Below are positions 26,675 to 41,200 of a stretch of 64,000 nucleotides of DNA, piece after piece. The notes beneath the pieces are model-generated. The model saw nothing but the letters and a program-made list of their open reading frames with translations, ran no database searches and had not been told where the DNA came from. The stretch is from Octopus vulgaris. Its lineage: Eukaryota. The stretch's first letter is position 1; every line of letters begins with the position of its first letter. Where the stretch lies: contig OX597817.1 of assembly GCA_951406725.2 (NCBI GenBank), positions 49,228,001-49,292,000 of the forward strand. The letters run 5' to 3'. The position numbers and the translations under genes were made by a program.

Positions 26675-27659
26675 AATATATATATCTGTGTACACGTACA
26701 CACACATATTCATGCACACACAGGCACATGCAGACACACATATGGATATATAGATAAATAGCTATATAGATATACAAATACATACATACACTCACGCCCG
26801 CACGCACACACACACACTGCCTCACACATCTACGTATATACATATTGGGTGGAGGTGTGTCTGTACATATGTGTATGTGTACGTACATTTAAATGATGAA
26901 CGTGTTTTGATATGTCACCTCCTCCTGAGAAACATGTTTAGATATCTTGTTACCCATAGTTACCCATACCCAGCAAGTCGCCCCACTCTCACTCATTCCC
27001 TTTTGCCTCCCTTTCATCTTCTTCCACCTCTTTTCATCCATCACCTCCTTTTTCCCATGCGACCCTATTTCTTTCCCTTCTTTTCTCGCCCTCTTTCTCT
27101 TTATCTCAGTCACTTCTACGCGTAGTGTACGCTGTCTTCCGTAACCTACTATCAATGTGTTACCACCACCACCATCACCACCACCACCGCTGCTATCTCT
27201 AACATCGCCGCCATTATCAACGCTATCACCACCTCGTTGTTCGTCCGCCATGTTTGCTCGTCAAGTTTCCTCACTATTACCGCCCAATGAGACACAACCC
27301 GTCAATTGTTATTCTTATCAATATTATCACGCATCTCCACACTATGTCATAGTATCACCAGCAACAGAGCGTGGTCAATTAGTTGTTTGATTAGCGGAAA
27401 TATAAACGCCGATCGTTCTTCTGACAAGCGCCATCATAATTATTAATACACTTGCTACAATGCCCAACTAATTGGTATTGGTGTTGTTGATATTGTTGCT
27501 GTGATCAGTAGCAAAATGAGTTATATGATCTATAGTTTCTATGTCCACACTGTTGTTGCTTTGCTTCAGATCAGACCAGATCGATCAGATAGTATTATAA
27601 TCAAAGGTGTTCCAGCTGTTACCATTCTGTCTTTATTCCAGACATTTTGCAATTTATTA

Positions 27660-28052
27660 TTTTATTTCTTCTTACTTCTTTCGATCATTTTGACTGTGAC
27701 CATGCTGGAGCACTGCCTTTAGTTGAACAAATCGAACCCAGAACTTATTGTTTGTAAGCTTAGTACTTATTCTATCAGGCACTTTTGCCGAGCCGCTAAG
27801 TTACGGGGACGTAAACACACCAACATCGATTGTCAAGCGACGGTGGGGGAACAAACACAGACACACAAATACATACATGTATGTATGTATGTATGTATAC
27901 GAAGGCTTCTGTCAGTTTCCGTCTACCAAATCTACTCACAAGGCTTTGGTCAGCCTGTAGCTATAACAGAAGATACTTGCCCAAGGTTCCGCGCAGTGGG
28001 ACTGAACCCGGAACCATGTGGTTGGGAAGCAATCTACTTACCATACAGCCAC
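27660..28052 (-). mobile_element. SINE family A, near full length
   Basis: Colinear with 13430-13822. Confidence 0.88.
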
Positions 28053-28078
28053 TTTTATTAAAAAATTATCTACAAGTA

Positions 28079-28353
28079 AATAGATATATTAAAAATATGT
28101 GCGTCAAAATAATAGATTTTAAAGAATATCCAGACGCCGATATAAAAACGTTAAAACATGCGTGTATAGGTAAAAATATTGGATAATTTTAATTTCGCTC
28201 CCCATCGTATCTTTTAATCCGTTTCCATCACCACTTCAGACATTCTCCAATATTTTTCCATATACATGCATGTTTTAACGTTTTTGCGACTGCATCCGGA
28301 GATTCTTTAAAATCTATTTATTACTTCACACATATTCTTTAATATATCTATCT
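28079..28353. repeat. Old imperfect inverted repeat (about 105-bp arms)
   Basis: aatagattttaaagaat...aaaaacgttaaaacatgc...aaaaatattgga versus tccaatatttttc...gcatgttttaacgttttt...attctttaaaatctatt. Confidence 0.8.
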
Positions 28354-28589
28354 ACTGACAGATTTTTTTCTCTTTTAATGTCTGTGTATTTATATATTTT
28401 TAGTCTATCATATACAATTGTCCTTCAAATCCATCTCTAATAGGAGTCATGTTTGCGGATTGAATTACCAGGCCTTTTGTTTCTTCGTATTACATAGTTA
28501 TATCTTTCGTCTCAAGTTACGCTTAAGCACTTCTAAGCCCAAACCTCTATACTGTGAGAGAATTTCTAGTCAATATCCTTTCTCAAAAC

Positions 28590-28643
<54 letters not shown>

Positions 28644-28942
28644 AAAAACATGTCAAGATAGAAGATGCTAAAATAATTTTATAAAAAACATTTCAGTACC
28701 GGTTTCCGTCTTTGAGACCTTTTCAACAGTAAGTACGGAAAACAATTAAATTTGGAAAAATTAAAAGAAAATTTTAAAAAATTTTTCTTTTAAGTCAAAT
28801 AAGTGACAAGCAAATCTGTGGTATTGAGCAGAATATTTGTTGTAGCCCATCTTTTATACCAAGACAAAACGATGTACAAAACTCTTCCAATCAGTTAAGA
28901 TCAAAAGCCATCATAGCCACTGTCCGGTAGTGCATGAGGGCA

Positions 28943-29189
<247 letters not shown>

Positions 29190-29608
29190 AAAGTCAAAAG
29201 GAAGATCGCGATTCGATTGTAATAGATACTTTATTGGTTGAACGATATAATTCAATTTCGTTTTTGGATTTGGTTTCCAAGATTCATTATGTGAGTTCAT
29301 GTGTTGAAGCATATTCTGTTATATCTGGGGAGAGTCATTTTCTTTTTGTGCCTTATAATTTCACACACTCACCAGCAAAATTTCTACTTATTTCTTATTT
29401 TTATTTTCCTAAAATTTTTGTTGCGTCTTGCAACTTTTTCAATAGTCAAGACTATTGAAAAGGTTGCAAGAAAAGGTTTAAGTGGGTCGATAAATAAACC
29501 ACCAGTTTAACACTAGGAGCGATGTAATCGACTAATCCCCTTCCCTTCTAATTTCAGCCCTTGTGCCTTTAGTAGAAAGGATTATTATTATTATTGTTAC
29601 TGCTGCTG

Positions 29609-29680
<72 letters not shown>

Positions 29681-30186
29681 AAGTACCTGCCATTTCGTCC
29701 AAAATTTGTAGCTCCCTGTCTATGTTAGAAATCACCGTTGCTTTCGTTGTCGTTGCTACTGCTGCATATGCTGTTGTTGTTGTTGTTGTTTTTGTTAAAG
29801 TCATTGTTTCCCTTTGAATAGCATGTAGAAGGGGACAAGGGGCCTAGCTGTGTCAGTTCGTCAAAGCCCCTACCAGTAAGCTAGTATCAAAGTAGACGAG
29901 GTAAAGAAATACTTGCTTCAGATATAGAGACATTAGTATTGTCATGACGCTTGTTTGGTTATCATTATTGCGACACAGTACGGGTACGTGGCGAGTAAAC
30001 AGGTGACTCGCAACAGCATGCGATCGAATGGACCCTGTACGGATTTTCAGGTTCTGATATCCCGATTTATGGGAGTAGAATGGGAGTCAACGAAACTGGT
30101 AGGGCATAAACCTAATTGTTGTATGAGCAGGAATTGAAATCAGATGAGCTTTGTTTGTCAATAAGTAGAAAGCGAAATATAGAAAT

Positions 30187-30523
30187 GGGATATGTTTCTT
30201 TATTAGCTACACAGGGCTGGACACAGACGGGACAAATTACAAAGTAGAGCTTTTCTTTTTGGGGAGAAAAAAAAAGAAAGGTGGGGTAAGTTTTCGATCA
30301 AAAGGGATCGTAAAAAGGAAAGAAAAAAATTATCAGTAGGGATCGTGTATCACAGAAATGTCATGGAGTAAAGTGTAAAGGGGGGAAGCAGATAAGGTTT
30401 ATCCATGGAAAGAAAAGCCTACGGAAAAGACCACGGTAACCTCGGTCAATAATGTCACATGTTAACACATTTATTTGCAAGTAAGTAACTCTCTGTTTAA
30501 AATTTTTCCGGGTTCATAGGATT
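30187..30523 (-). mobile_element. Dispersed repeat, probable LINE 3' UTR
   Basis: Reverse complement of 36339-36669; ends in ctaataaagaaac on the sense strand. Confidence 0.7.
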
Positions 30524-31529
30524 ATGCTCAGAAGCGGCAACAAAAGACAGAGCGACAATATATCAGACCGTGACTGCTGTTGCAGGGGCTGCTATGTGGG
30601 AGCAGCCGAGAATTGGTAGAGCAAAAGCAGACAGACAGAGACCCCTTATACTCAGTGCCACCAGCACCCGAGACCGACGATACAGAGTGCCGAGAACCCA
30701 ATGGTTCCCCTCCGCCCCATCCTACCCGACCCTTCTTCCTCCTCTGCTTTCTCCCCCTCTCTCATATTCTTTCTCATCCTATCAATTGTAACATTTATAA
30801 AGAAAGAGGCTTTGTGTCTTTACCCTTGTATATGTGCCTGTGTGTGTGCATATGTGTGCGTATGTGTGTACGTGTGTACATGTGTGTACACATGTGTGTA
30901 TATATGTGAATATATAATTGTGAGTATGTGTGCGCGCGTTTGCTTGTCCGTATCTTTGTCCATCTGTTATAATTGTTTGTCATGAAGAGAATACACGTTT
31001 GTCTTAGTAGCAAGAGTATTTTTCCTCTTCTTTTAACCGTGGGTGTTCTAAGAAATTGCTCTCTACTGTGTGTGATGTAATGGCGTATTTATAACGGAGG
31101 TTTGACACATCCGGTGTCTGAACGTGTTGTCACACCCCACTGCCAATAATGAATATGTTTATATGTCGATCGGCCAAAAATGAGGCAGAATACTTAGGCA
31201 GCCGAACAGATGTCTGGAATTAACTGACAACCGAATTAATGAAGTTATAATATGACGAATAATTGTTCTCCCATGAATTTGGCATCTTTGAATGCACAGA
31301 TCTAAAAACAATTTTTTTTTCTTATATAAACTAATATAAACTAAAGCTGAATTTTTGACATGAAAATACATTCACGAATAAAAGCAATTTATGATAATAA
31401 TATATTGCTATTATCATAAACATGTGATACTGTCTATTTTCGATTCGGTTTTCGTGCCTATTCTCATCTACGGTCAGGAATGCTAGGTAATGACAGAAAG
31501 AGTAGGGTCGCGAATACAAGCAGTTGAAA

Positions 31530-31830
31530 TGGGATTCCTCTGAAAGATTGCAAGAATAACGTTATTCGGGGTGCGTAGCTCGTTGATTAGAGAGTCTCTG
31601 CAAGTCGAGTCATTGCTTGTCTGTTTTCAGAGGTTTCACTTCCTGCATTCTGGACAAAAGGGATTGTTCAAGCGGAGCCAATCGGTAGAGGACCTAGGAA
31701 CTTAACAAGAACGTGATGGTTGCATAATATGCAAATTCTCCGTTCATTACGCTTGGGAATCCGGCTGGAATAATCTTAGAACAGTTGCTTCTGGTAGGGA
31801 CCTATGGAGAAACACGACCCTCTCAGAAAC
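31530..31830 (+). mobile_element. Highly decayed RTE-like LINE 3' end
   Basis: Broken frames give GRGP..., LGI... and TVASGRDLWR, resembling an RTE C-terminus. Confidence 0.4.
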
Positions 31831-32009
31831 AGAGGGCAGCTAAAAGGGATGGATCGATAGATCGATGGATATGATACTATACTACCGTAATAGCTAACAA
31901 ATATAAAATATAAAGGCTAAAAGCCAAAACTGAAGTAATACCCAACCAAAAGATTTAATGATCTTAAAGATTGCCGCTGGTTATTGAAAATAGATAAGGA
32001 GTTCAAAGT

Positions 32010-32945
32010 TTTGGCACAAGACCAGAAAATTTAGGATAGTGAATAACACCACTGGTCCCAGTATTCAACAGGTACTAATTTTATCAGCTTCATAAAAAGA
32101 AAAAGTCGACAGCGACGGGATTTGAACTCAGAACGTAAAGAGCCGGAAGAAACAACGCAAAGCATTTTATTTGGCGTAGTGACGATTCTACCAGACTTCG
32201 GTGAGATTTGAACTCAGAAAGCAGAAAAAGAAAGCTACGAATCATTTCGTCCGACGTGCTAACTTTTCTGCCAGTGCGTCGTTCCATTGAAAATTCTTTT
32301 CTACTCGAGGCACAAGACTCGAAATTTTTCTGGAGAGAGGGCAGTCGATTAGATCGTCCCAGTGCACAACTAGTACTTCATTTATCGACCCCGAAAGGAT
32401 GAAAGGCAAAGTTGACCTCGGCAGAATTTGAACTCAGAACGTAACGGCGGACGGAATACGGCTACGCATTTCGCCCAGCGTGCTAACGTTTCTGCCAGAG
32501 CGTCGAACTTACGATCGTGAGGTTTTGAGTTCGAATTCTGGACCGGGCTGCGTGTTGTGTTCTTGAGCAAGACACTTTATTTCACGTTGCTCCAGTTCAC
32601 TCAGTTGTAGAAAGGAGTTGTGACGTCACAGGTGGCAGGCTGTATCGGTCCTTGCCTTTCCCTTGGATAACATTGGTGGCGTGTAGAGGGGAGTTCGGTA
32701 TGCATGGGCGACTGCTGGTCTCCTATAAACAATCTTGCCCGGACTTGTGCCTGGGAGGGTAACTTTCTAGGTGCAGTCCCATGGTCAGTTATAACGGAAG
32801 GGGGTCTCAGCAGTGTGCAAATGGTACTTATTTCATTGACACCGGAAGGATGGAAGGCAAAGTTGACTTCGGTGGAATATTAACTCAGAACGAAATGCCG
32901 CTAAGCACTTTGTTCGACGCGTTAACAGTTCTGCCAGATCGCTAC
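32010..32945. mobile_element. Cluster of SINE B (minus) and SINE C (plus, about 32505-32800) copies
   Basis: Repeated atttgaactcagaacg motifs and gtgttcttgagcaagacactt. Confidence 0.8.
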
Positions 32946-33756
32946 CTTAATCTAATAATAATAACAAACTTAATTATATTGCTTCTGTCATTTGGTTTTA
33001 ATCAAAGTGATGCTTGTTTGCAGTGACGATATGTGTGGGATTTGATGGTTGATAGTCTTGAATAATATCTATAAATATTTTAGAATTAGGTTGTTAAATA
33101 TTAACTATTTTATTACTAGAGAACTCATTATTGATAAATCCTTTTGCGGTTTGGGCTTTACTTGTTATCTAACAGATCTTAGCAGGAGATTTTCGTTCCG
33201 TAGATTGAGCACAATAGTCAGTTTCATTTAACGAACTTTGGCTTCACAAACTAAATATTATATTTCTCTTACTTGAAAACATGTAGTTACATCACTGCAT
33301 TATTATTCCAACAAATCTCTTAGGTCACTTGATATCAACTTTAAAGAGATAAAATGTTACACTCTGACTGCTTATTCTCGCGCAGAAACAGTGTGGGTGG
33401 GGGTTAATAATACAGCAGTAATTACTAAAATAGCAGCAGTACTCATTGAAAGCGACACCTTATATAAATTGTGAAGGAATACATTGTAACTTGAGGCTTT
33501 TCGCTGGAGTATAACACCAGCTCTGAGACAGAATGGTTTATAGATTTATAAGAAAAAACTAATCCGTTTTCCTTCAAATCTGTTTACTTATTTTACGATA
33601 AACATTTCTGTAAACATAATAAATGTTATTAATTACAAACACATATGTATATATAAGCATATACATGCATACCTATACACACACACACACACACACACAC
33701 ATGCATATATATATATATATATATTTACATACGTAACTATATATATACATACATAC

Positions 33757-33792
<36 letters not shown>

Positions 33793-33815
33793 ATATATAT
33801 ATATATATATATATA

Positions 33816-34189
33816 TCTATATAAACGGCAGTTTGTCTCTGTGTGTTTCTGTGTGTCTGTTAGGTTGTACCCTCACCCTGACCACAGCTTTCAACCGATT
33901 CTGATGAAACTTGACACACACATAGCCCAATGTCATAATTCAAAACTAACGCAGCGAAAATTTTGAAAAGTTCCCCCAGTTCTGAAAAAAAATCGATAAA
34001 TTCGACATGGGGTCGAGAATCAGAAACACAAACCACAGACTGTCTAGGGGACGCAACTCCACCTTTTTAACTCTCAAAAATAAATTTGCCATAATTTTTT
34101 TTCCATTTTTTTTGCTATTTTTTGGCTATAACTCTCTAAAAATGCTTTATAGTTATTTCCCTTACAAACCCGAGCAACGCCGGGCGATA

Positions 34190-34192
<3 letters not shown>
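33816..34192 (+). mobile_element. Non-autonomous Helitron-like element
   Basis: 5' a|TCtatataaa, internal tgtctg microsatellite and caaccgattctgatgaaacttg, 3' subterminal hairpin cccgagcaacgccggg. The terminal CTRR is absent. It shares its 3' ~100 bp with 50682-50780. Confidence 0.7.
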
Positions 34193-34232
<40 letters not shown>

Positions 34233-34343
34233 CACACACACACACACATATATACATACATGCACACACACATATACTCAAACACGCACACACAGACATA
34301 TATATTGAATTTGTTTTGCCTGTATTAATAGAAAATATATGTA

Positions 34344-34401
<58 letters not shown>

Positions 34402-34704
34402 GTGTGTGTGTGTGTGTGCTGAAGTATCTTGAAGCGTTGAATGGCACGCAATTTACGCGATGTCCTTGATGAAAGTCTAATAATTCCAAATACAACGTTC
34501 CTTGTAAAGGCGCTTACCCTAGGATGTTCAACTCACGATCTTATGGTAGTTGGCTGTGTGTTCCAACAAAGCACTCTATGCCACATTGCTCCGGCACGCT
34601 CAAGGGTAAATAATCTGATGCAGCATTCTATTTCTGTCTCGATCTCCAGTTACCCAAAACGTGTCGAGAGAATGTCTTTATCTTTAAGCGCAGGTTATGT
34701 ATAG

Positions 34705-35360
34705 GCAACGAGCTTCCACGTAGTTTCCGTCTACCAAATTCTCGTTGATCCGATGCTATAATAGAAGACATATGCTCAAGATGATGCATAGTGGAACTAA
34801 ACTTGAAACCATGTGTTGCAAGCAAGCTTCTAAACTACACAGCCATGCCTGCGCGTGTGTGCGTGTACGTGAAGGCGCGCGGCCATATTGCATTTGTGAT
34901 CTAACTTCAGTTTACTAGGGTTTTGGTGGTTTGCTTGTTAAGCTTTTTTCTGAGAAGGTCAGTCTCTGAGGCCCTCACACTGCTTTGTTTCTCAACCACA
35001 TGGTACCGGTTTCAGTTCCACTGTGTGTCACCTTGACAAAGTGTCTTTAATTGTCGCCTCTGGCCGACCAAACCTTGTGAGTGGATTTAGTAGACGGAAA
35101 CTGAAAGAAGCCTGTCGTAAATGTATATATGTATGCGTGTGAGTGTGTTTGTTGCACACACCGTTTGACAACCAGTGCTGGTTTACCTACGTCCCCATAG
35201 CTTAGTGGTTCGGCAAAAAAAAACCCGCTTGAATAAGTGCCGGGTTTTAAATAAAAGGAACTGCGATAGATTCATTCGACCCCAACATGTTTTCAAAGCG
35301 GTGCCCCAGCAGGGCCTTAGTCTAAATACTCAAATAAGTGAATGATAAACGATAAAAGAT
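34705..35360. mobile_element. SINE family A copies (minus 5' half 34705-34853; plus about 34990-35360)
   Basis: Consensus segments gtttccgtctaccaaat and gccgaccaaaccttgtgagtggattt. Confidence 0.8.
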
Positions 35361-35377
35361 ATGTATACGCACGTGTG

Positions 35378-35419
<42 letters not shown>

Positions 35420-35531
35420 TAGGTGAATGAATTATCCTATGTTTATCGTGTGTGTGTATGTGACCGCGTGTGTACCCGTTGGCGATTTTTTTCCCTCTGT
35501 CTTCCCTTCTCTGGATCTTTCCTTCTCCTAT

Positions 35532-35566
35532 GTTTCCGACGAAGAGCTCCGCTCGAAGCGTTAAAC
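35532..35566 (+). ncRNA. Minimal hammerhead-like motif, family H4 (CCGACGA core, GAAA changed to GAAG)
   Basis: gttt-CCGACGA-a-gagc-tcc-gctc-GAAGC-GTT-aaac. The element (about 35477-35667) ends at (TA)n and its 3' 65 bp recur at 56177-56241. Confidence 0.55.
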
Positions 35567-35662
35567 CCTCCTTATTTCCTTCTTTCCTGAGCGTCCAATA
35601 ATACTATATTTGTTCCACGTCCTCGCGTTGTTGTGTTTTTTTGTGCTTTCATGTTTGGATTA

Positions 35663-35699
<37 letters not shown>

Positions 35700-35748
35700 T
35701 TATTTATATATGTATGTATGTACGTATATAATATATGTATGTATGTAC

Positions 35749-35790
<42 letters not shown>

Positions 35791-36338
35791 TATATATGTA
35801 TGTATGTACGTATATAACACACAAACAGACATAGATTAAATGGATTTATTACCCTTTATGTATTATTTTTTTATTTATTTCAATTCGGATCTACAAACAT
35901 ATATAAACTCGTATACTATTCATCCAAATTTGAAATTATGCTCCAAGCAGCTTATACAACTGTTCGAGAGAGGTGATAGTGTGCATACATACACATGTGT
36001 CTGTTTTAGACAATCTGTACAGTTTTTCTTCCTCTCTCTCTCCTTCTCCTCCTCCTCTTCCCCTTCTACTACTACTGCTACTACTACTACTACTTGTATG
36101 TATCTTTCTATATGTCTGTCTATCACCTTATTTCGAGCATCATTTACAACCCATTCAATATTGTGACAACACATCAGTCTGTGTTTATCAGTCTGTAATA
36201 ACAAGTATTCATATACATTAGAGACGGTTATGTCAGTAAATGCTTCAAGAACGACAACCCTCTTCATCGCATTCATTGTTATTCCACTTGCCTTTTGCTG
36301 TATAACTTCCACTGGGATATATTTCTGAATCCGGACCA

Positions 36339-36669
36339 ATCCTATGAACCCGGAAATTTTTTTAAATCCTATGAACCCGGAAAAAAATTAAAACAGAGAG
36401 TTATTTACTTGCAAATAAATGTGTTAACATGTGACATTATTGACCGAGGTTACCGTGGTCTTTTCTTTCTACGGATAAACCTTATCTGCTTCCCCCTTTT
36501 CACTTTACATCATGACATTTCTGTAATACACGATCCCTATTGATCGTTTTTTTTACGATCCCTTTTGATCGAAAACCTACCCCACTTTTTTTCTCCCCAA
36601 AAAGAAAAGCTCTACTTTGTAATTTGTCCCGTCTGTGTTCAGCCCTGTGTGGCTAATAAAGAAACATAT
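36339..36669 (+). mobile_element. Dispersed repeat, probable LINE 3' UTR
   Basis: Second copy of 30187-30523; its 3' end resembles the SINE B tail. Confidence 0.7.
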
Positions 36670-37379
36670 TTCTATATTTCATAACAGTGTGTTTGAGAAA
36701 ACTGTCGACGTATCTTTGAAACCCAGAATCCGGCTTTTATCGTATAGACAAACTCACGCTACATCTCATCACCAAGCTTGGTATACATGTTTGTTGTTGC
36801 TGATGCTACATACTTCCATGTAACTAATAGACCTTTTGCGGATATAAGACGTTTTGGCGCCGCCTATCTGGCGCCACTGATTCAACGCTGACTTATTTGA
36901 CATCAAAACTTTTAATATTTCTCTTGCCTTAATATTTTTCTCGTTCGGTCCCTCTCACCCCCTCTTTCATTTTCACTGTATTAATGTGTGTGAGCATCTG
37001 GTTACCTTTGTATGTGTAATTTTTCTCTCTCCTTCGACACCCTCACTCTCTTTCTCTGTATGTGTATCATTTTTATCTTTTTACTTGTTTCAACTATTTG
37101 GCAGCAGCCTTCCTGATGCACCACCTTGATGTATTTTTAGTCGAATGAACGAACCCCAGGACTTGTATTTTTTAAAGCCTGGTATTTATTCTATCGGTCT
37201 CATTTGCCGAAACATTAAGTGACGTGAACATAAACACACTAACACGGACTATCAAGCGGTGGTGGGGGACAAGCACAGACACAAACACACACACACATGC
37301 ACACTTATATACATACATCATGATCGACTACTAGCCACTAAAACTTGTTTATTCTCTCTCTGTTTATTTTCTCGTGGTC

Positions 37380-37411
37380 CTTTCTGTTGAAGAGCGTATG
37401 CTCGAAACGTA
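37380..37411 (+). ncRNA. Truncated hammerhead-like motif, family H5 (CUGUUGA core), lacking the 3' strand of helix I
   Basis: cttt-CTGTTGA-a-gagc-gtat-gctc-GAAAC-GTA then tata. The upstream 50 bp match the minus strand of 52020-52068. Confidence 0.5.
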
Positions 37412-37415
37412 TATA

Positions 37416-37952
37416 CAGGGTGTCCCAAAAAAATGTATACACACCTTAAATAATTGTAAGTTTGGGGTTTATTATAATTCGAATAATTTTCAACATGTAA
37501 AAGAATTTACAAATATCATTCTATTGTCTTGTTATCGCATGTTCTCAAAAATGATGTCCGTTCTGCTCCAGACACTGCTGACAACGCGAAGCGATGGAAT
37601 GGCACACATCATGGAACAATTCCCTTGGGATATTCGTACATTCAAGTTCAATGGTTGCCCTCAATTGAACGACTGTTTCAGGTTTCTGTGCGTAGACTTT
37701 GTCCTTTAGGTATCCCCATAAAAAGAAGTCTAGTGGTGTGAGGTCTGGTGAACGTGGAGGGTATTCGACAAAACCTCTCCGTCCAATCCACCTGTTTGGC
37801 AAGATCCCATCAAGAAAGGATCTAACATCGCGATGGTAGTGTGGAGGTGCCCCATCTTGCTGGAAATAAAACTTTTCCTGTTCAAAGTCCTCTCTAATGC
37901 TTGGCATGACAGACTGTTGCAGCAAGTGTATACATTATTTTGGGACACCCTG
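37416..37952 (-). mobile_element. Internally deleted Tc1/mariner element of the DD41D (rosa/Visitor) type
   Basis: 27-bp TIRs cagggtgtcccaaaaaaatgtatacac / gtgtatacattattttgggacaccctg, flanked by TA. The minus frame 37545-37925 has QQDGAPPH...PPRSPDLTPLDFFLWG with 41 residues between the second and third Asp. Confidence 0.92.
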
Positions 37953-39353
37953 TATATATATATATATATATATATACAACGGGTTTCTTTCAGTTTCCGT
38001 TTACCAAATCCACTCATAAAGCTTTTTTCGGCCCGAAGCTATAGTAGAAGACATCTGCCAAAGGTTCCACGCTGTGCGACTGAACCCAGAACCATGTGTG
38101 GAAAGCAGGCTTGTTACGACACAACCATGCCGGCGTCATTCTTCTCTTTCAGTACCAAAACATTCTGCTGCCAAAACGGGTTGGATGGCTAATGTCCCCA
38201 CTTGATTGTCTCATTCTGGCCATTCACCGGAGGTTTTAAAGCCGTGATCATTTTATTTATTTATTTATTTCTATAATGTATCTAGGACTAGATTAATTTA
38301 ATTTTTCCTACTTTGATACAACATATCTGAACAAATAGCAATGTGTGAGATGAAAAGAAGCTTTGACTGCTATTTCTAAGACAAACTGCTTTCTGTTTAA
38401 CCGCCTCTGTAGAATTTTACACGATTGTTGCCATTGTTGTTTAGCTCCAGGCTCAATTTGACTGAGTAGTCCTAAAGTAAAAAAAAAAAAAATACACCAA
38501 CCGTGGCAATCCCGTCTTCCTTCTGTAAGCTGGGAACCCAAGTCAAATTATCTATGTGTCTTAAAACTATGATGATGAATATGATTTGAGGAACATTTGG
38601 CTTCTACTTCTTGTAGGTTCAAAACCTCGTATAGGCTTCCTCGGTGGTCATAGCAGATGTTGTTATGAGGTGAGGAGAAGTGGATTACAATGATGTAGGC
38701 CACAGATTTTGCTCGAGACTAATGCCACTGCATTGGTTATCTACAACTTACATTCAATCAAAGACAATCCAAAACATCGAATAGGTAAAATCGTTAGGGT
38801 CTCTTGCAGGATTTCTTTCGGTTTTCCGCTTTGTGAGTTGAATTCTCGCTCGAGTCAGCTTTAAATTTGTTCTTTGCAGGATTGATAAAAATATTTTTTT
38901 TTAATGCATCTAATCCAGCATCGCGACCGATTCTCCTGTTTCTTTGTTCTCTTTGGATTGTTTCTCTAATTTAGAGATCCAGATCTCTCGCATTGTATCA
39001 TCTTAATTAGACCTGAGAATTATGTTGAGCGTACATGTGTCTATGGAATGCTCAACTTACTTAGTTTTAGGTGGTCTTGCATCGGGCGACGCATAAGACA
39101 GTCAAAAACCTCCTGTAGGGTCGGTCAGCTCATAAGTCATCCTCACTGAATTTTTCCATCTTACGTTTGCCAGCTGAAGGTCTAGATAATTCGTCTTGTG
39201 TCACTTCATCTTGGGATGCCCCGCGCACCAATGTCCTTGATTGTTCTGCTTCAGAACTTGGTTGGCGAGTCTGTTCATAGGGAGACTGACATGTCCGAGC
39301 CAACTCAGATGTTGATGGATGGGCAGTGGTTGTTGGTCTTCTCTCTCTCTCTC

Positions 39354-39426
<73 letters not shown>

Positions 39427-39942
39427 GGGGCTGTGGGAAACCCTGCTGTACTCTTTTTTTCACCCCAACTTTCTCTCACTTCTTTCTTCTTGTTTCTGTT
39501 GTACCTGTTCTACAAAGGACCAGCCTTGTCACACTGTAAGTCACGTGGAATCTCCCCGAGAACTACGTTAAGGGTACACGTGTCTGGGGAGTGCTCAGCA
39601 CGGTAATTTCATGAGCTGGCTGTTCCGTTGATCGGATCAACTGGAACCCTTGAAATCGCAACAGACAGTGTGCCACGATGTAGGTATATAAATATCTATA
39701 CATTATAATTATCTATGTATTTATCTAGATAGATAGATAGATAACATAAATGTGCGCGCGCGTGCATCTCCATCAACAGAAAATACAATTTACTTAGGCT
39801 TCCAAATCAATACAATTTTTTTTGCGAAATAAAACTATAATCTCTGTTACCTGTATGCATTGTTTAATAGATTTCACACATGCATATATTTATTTAAGCG
39901 TATCAAGTAATTATCATATCTATTTATCTTTCTTTCTTTCTT

Positions 39943-40001
<59 letters not shown>

Positions 40002-40048
40002 CTCTCTATCTCTCTATCTCTCTATCATTCTATATGTGTGTGTGTGTG

Positions 40049-40106
<58 letters not shown>

Positions 40107-40324
40107 TGCATACATGTATGCATGAATACACACCTGTACATATCTATTCATATCTACACATATATGTGAATACACAAATGAGCATGTAGTCAGCGTTTTC
40201 AGTACTATATAGTATTTAATAATCTACACACACATATAATATATACATATTCAAATATAATATATACATATTCATATATTATATAATATATATATTGTAA
40301 ATATAAGCACATATATGTATATAT

Positions 40325-40521
40325 AGGGTGGCCCAGATGTAGGTTTACAGATATCACGTAGGCACTTGAAATTTCTTTTAATACATTTTATTACTTTTAA
40401 ATTTCTATCTAACAATTAACTAAATTAGCAGAAAATAATGGTTTCATGTTTTGTTATACTTAAGTTCTAAAATGGTAATATATGAATGCAAAAGAGATAG
40501 TTTGATATTTTGGGCCACCCT
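40325..40521. mobile_element. Possible small Tc1/mariner-type MITE
   Basis: 11-bp inverted ends agggtggccca / tgggccaccct in a TA-rich context. Confidence 0.4.
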
Positions 40522-40551
40522 TTTGTACATATATGTGTACGAATATTATTA

Positions 40552-40634
<83 letters not shown>

Positions 40635-40762
40635 ATATATAGCATATAGCAGATATATTTATAATATATATAATTACATAAATATGACTAACAACTTATA
40701 TTTATAATAATTATAATATATAGTGTATTTATGTATATAGTATGTTTTGCTTAACATATCTA

Positions 40763-40867
<105 letters not shown>

Positions 40868-40888
40868 ATATATTATATATATAGTCAC

Positions 40889-40983
<95 letters not shown>

Positions 40984-41200
40984 GTATATATATATAAATA
41001 TAATTTTTGCATAATTGCAACATATATTGGTGTAATGTGTAATATATATTATATACTATATGCTTAAATAATAAATATGATGTACATATATATCATATAG
41101 TATATGTATATAAAATATAAATGTATATACATCATATGCAGAGAGACATTGTATACGATATATATATGTGTGCATATAAATATATGTTTTATATATAACA

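Larger units (their letters stand above)
37068..38135 (-). mobile_element. SINE family A split by nested insertions
   Basis: 3' half at 37068-37290 and 5' half at 37975-38135, in the same orientation. Confidence 0.75.
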
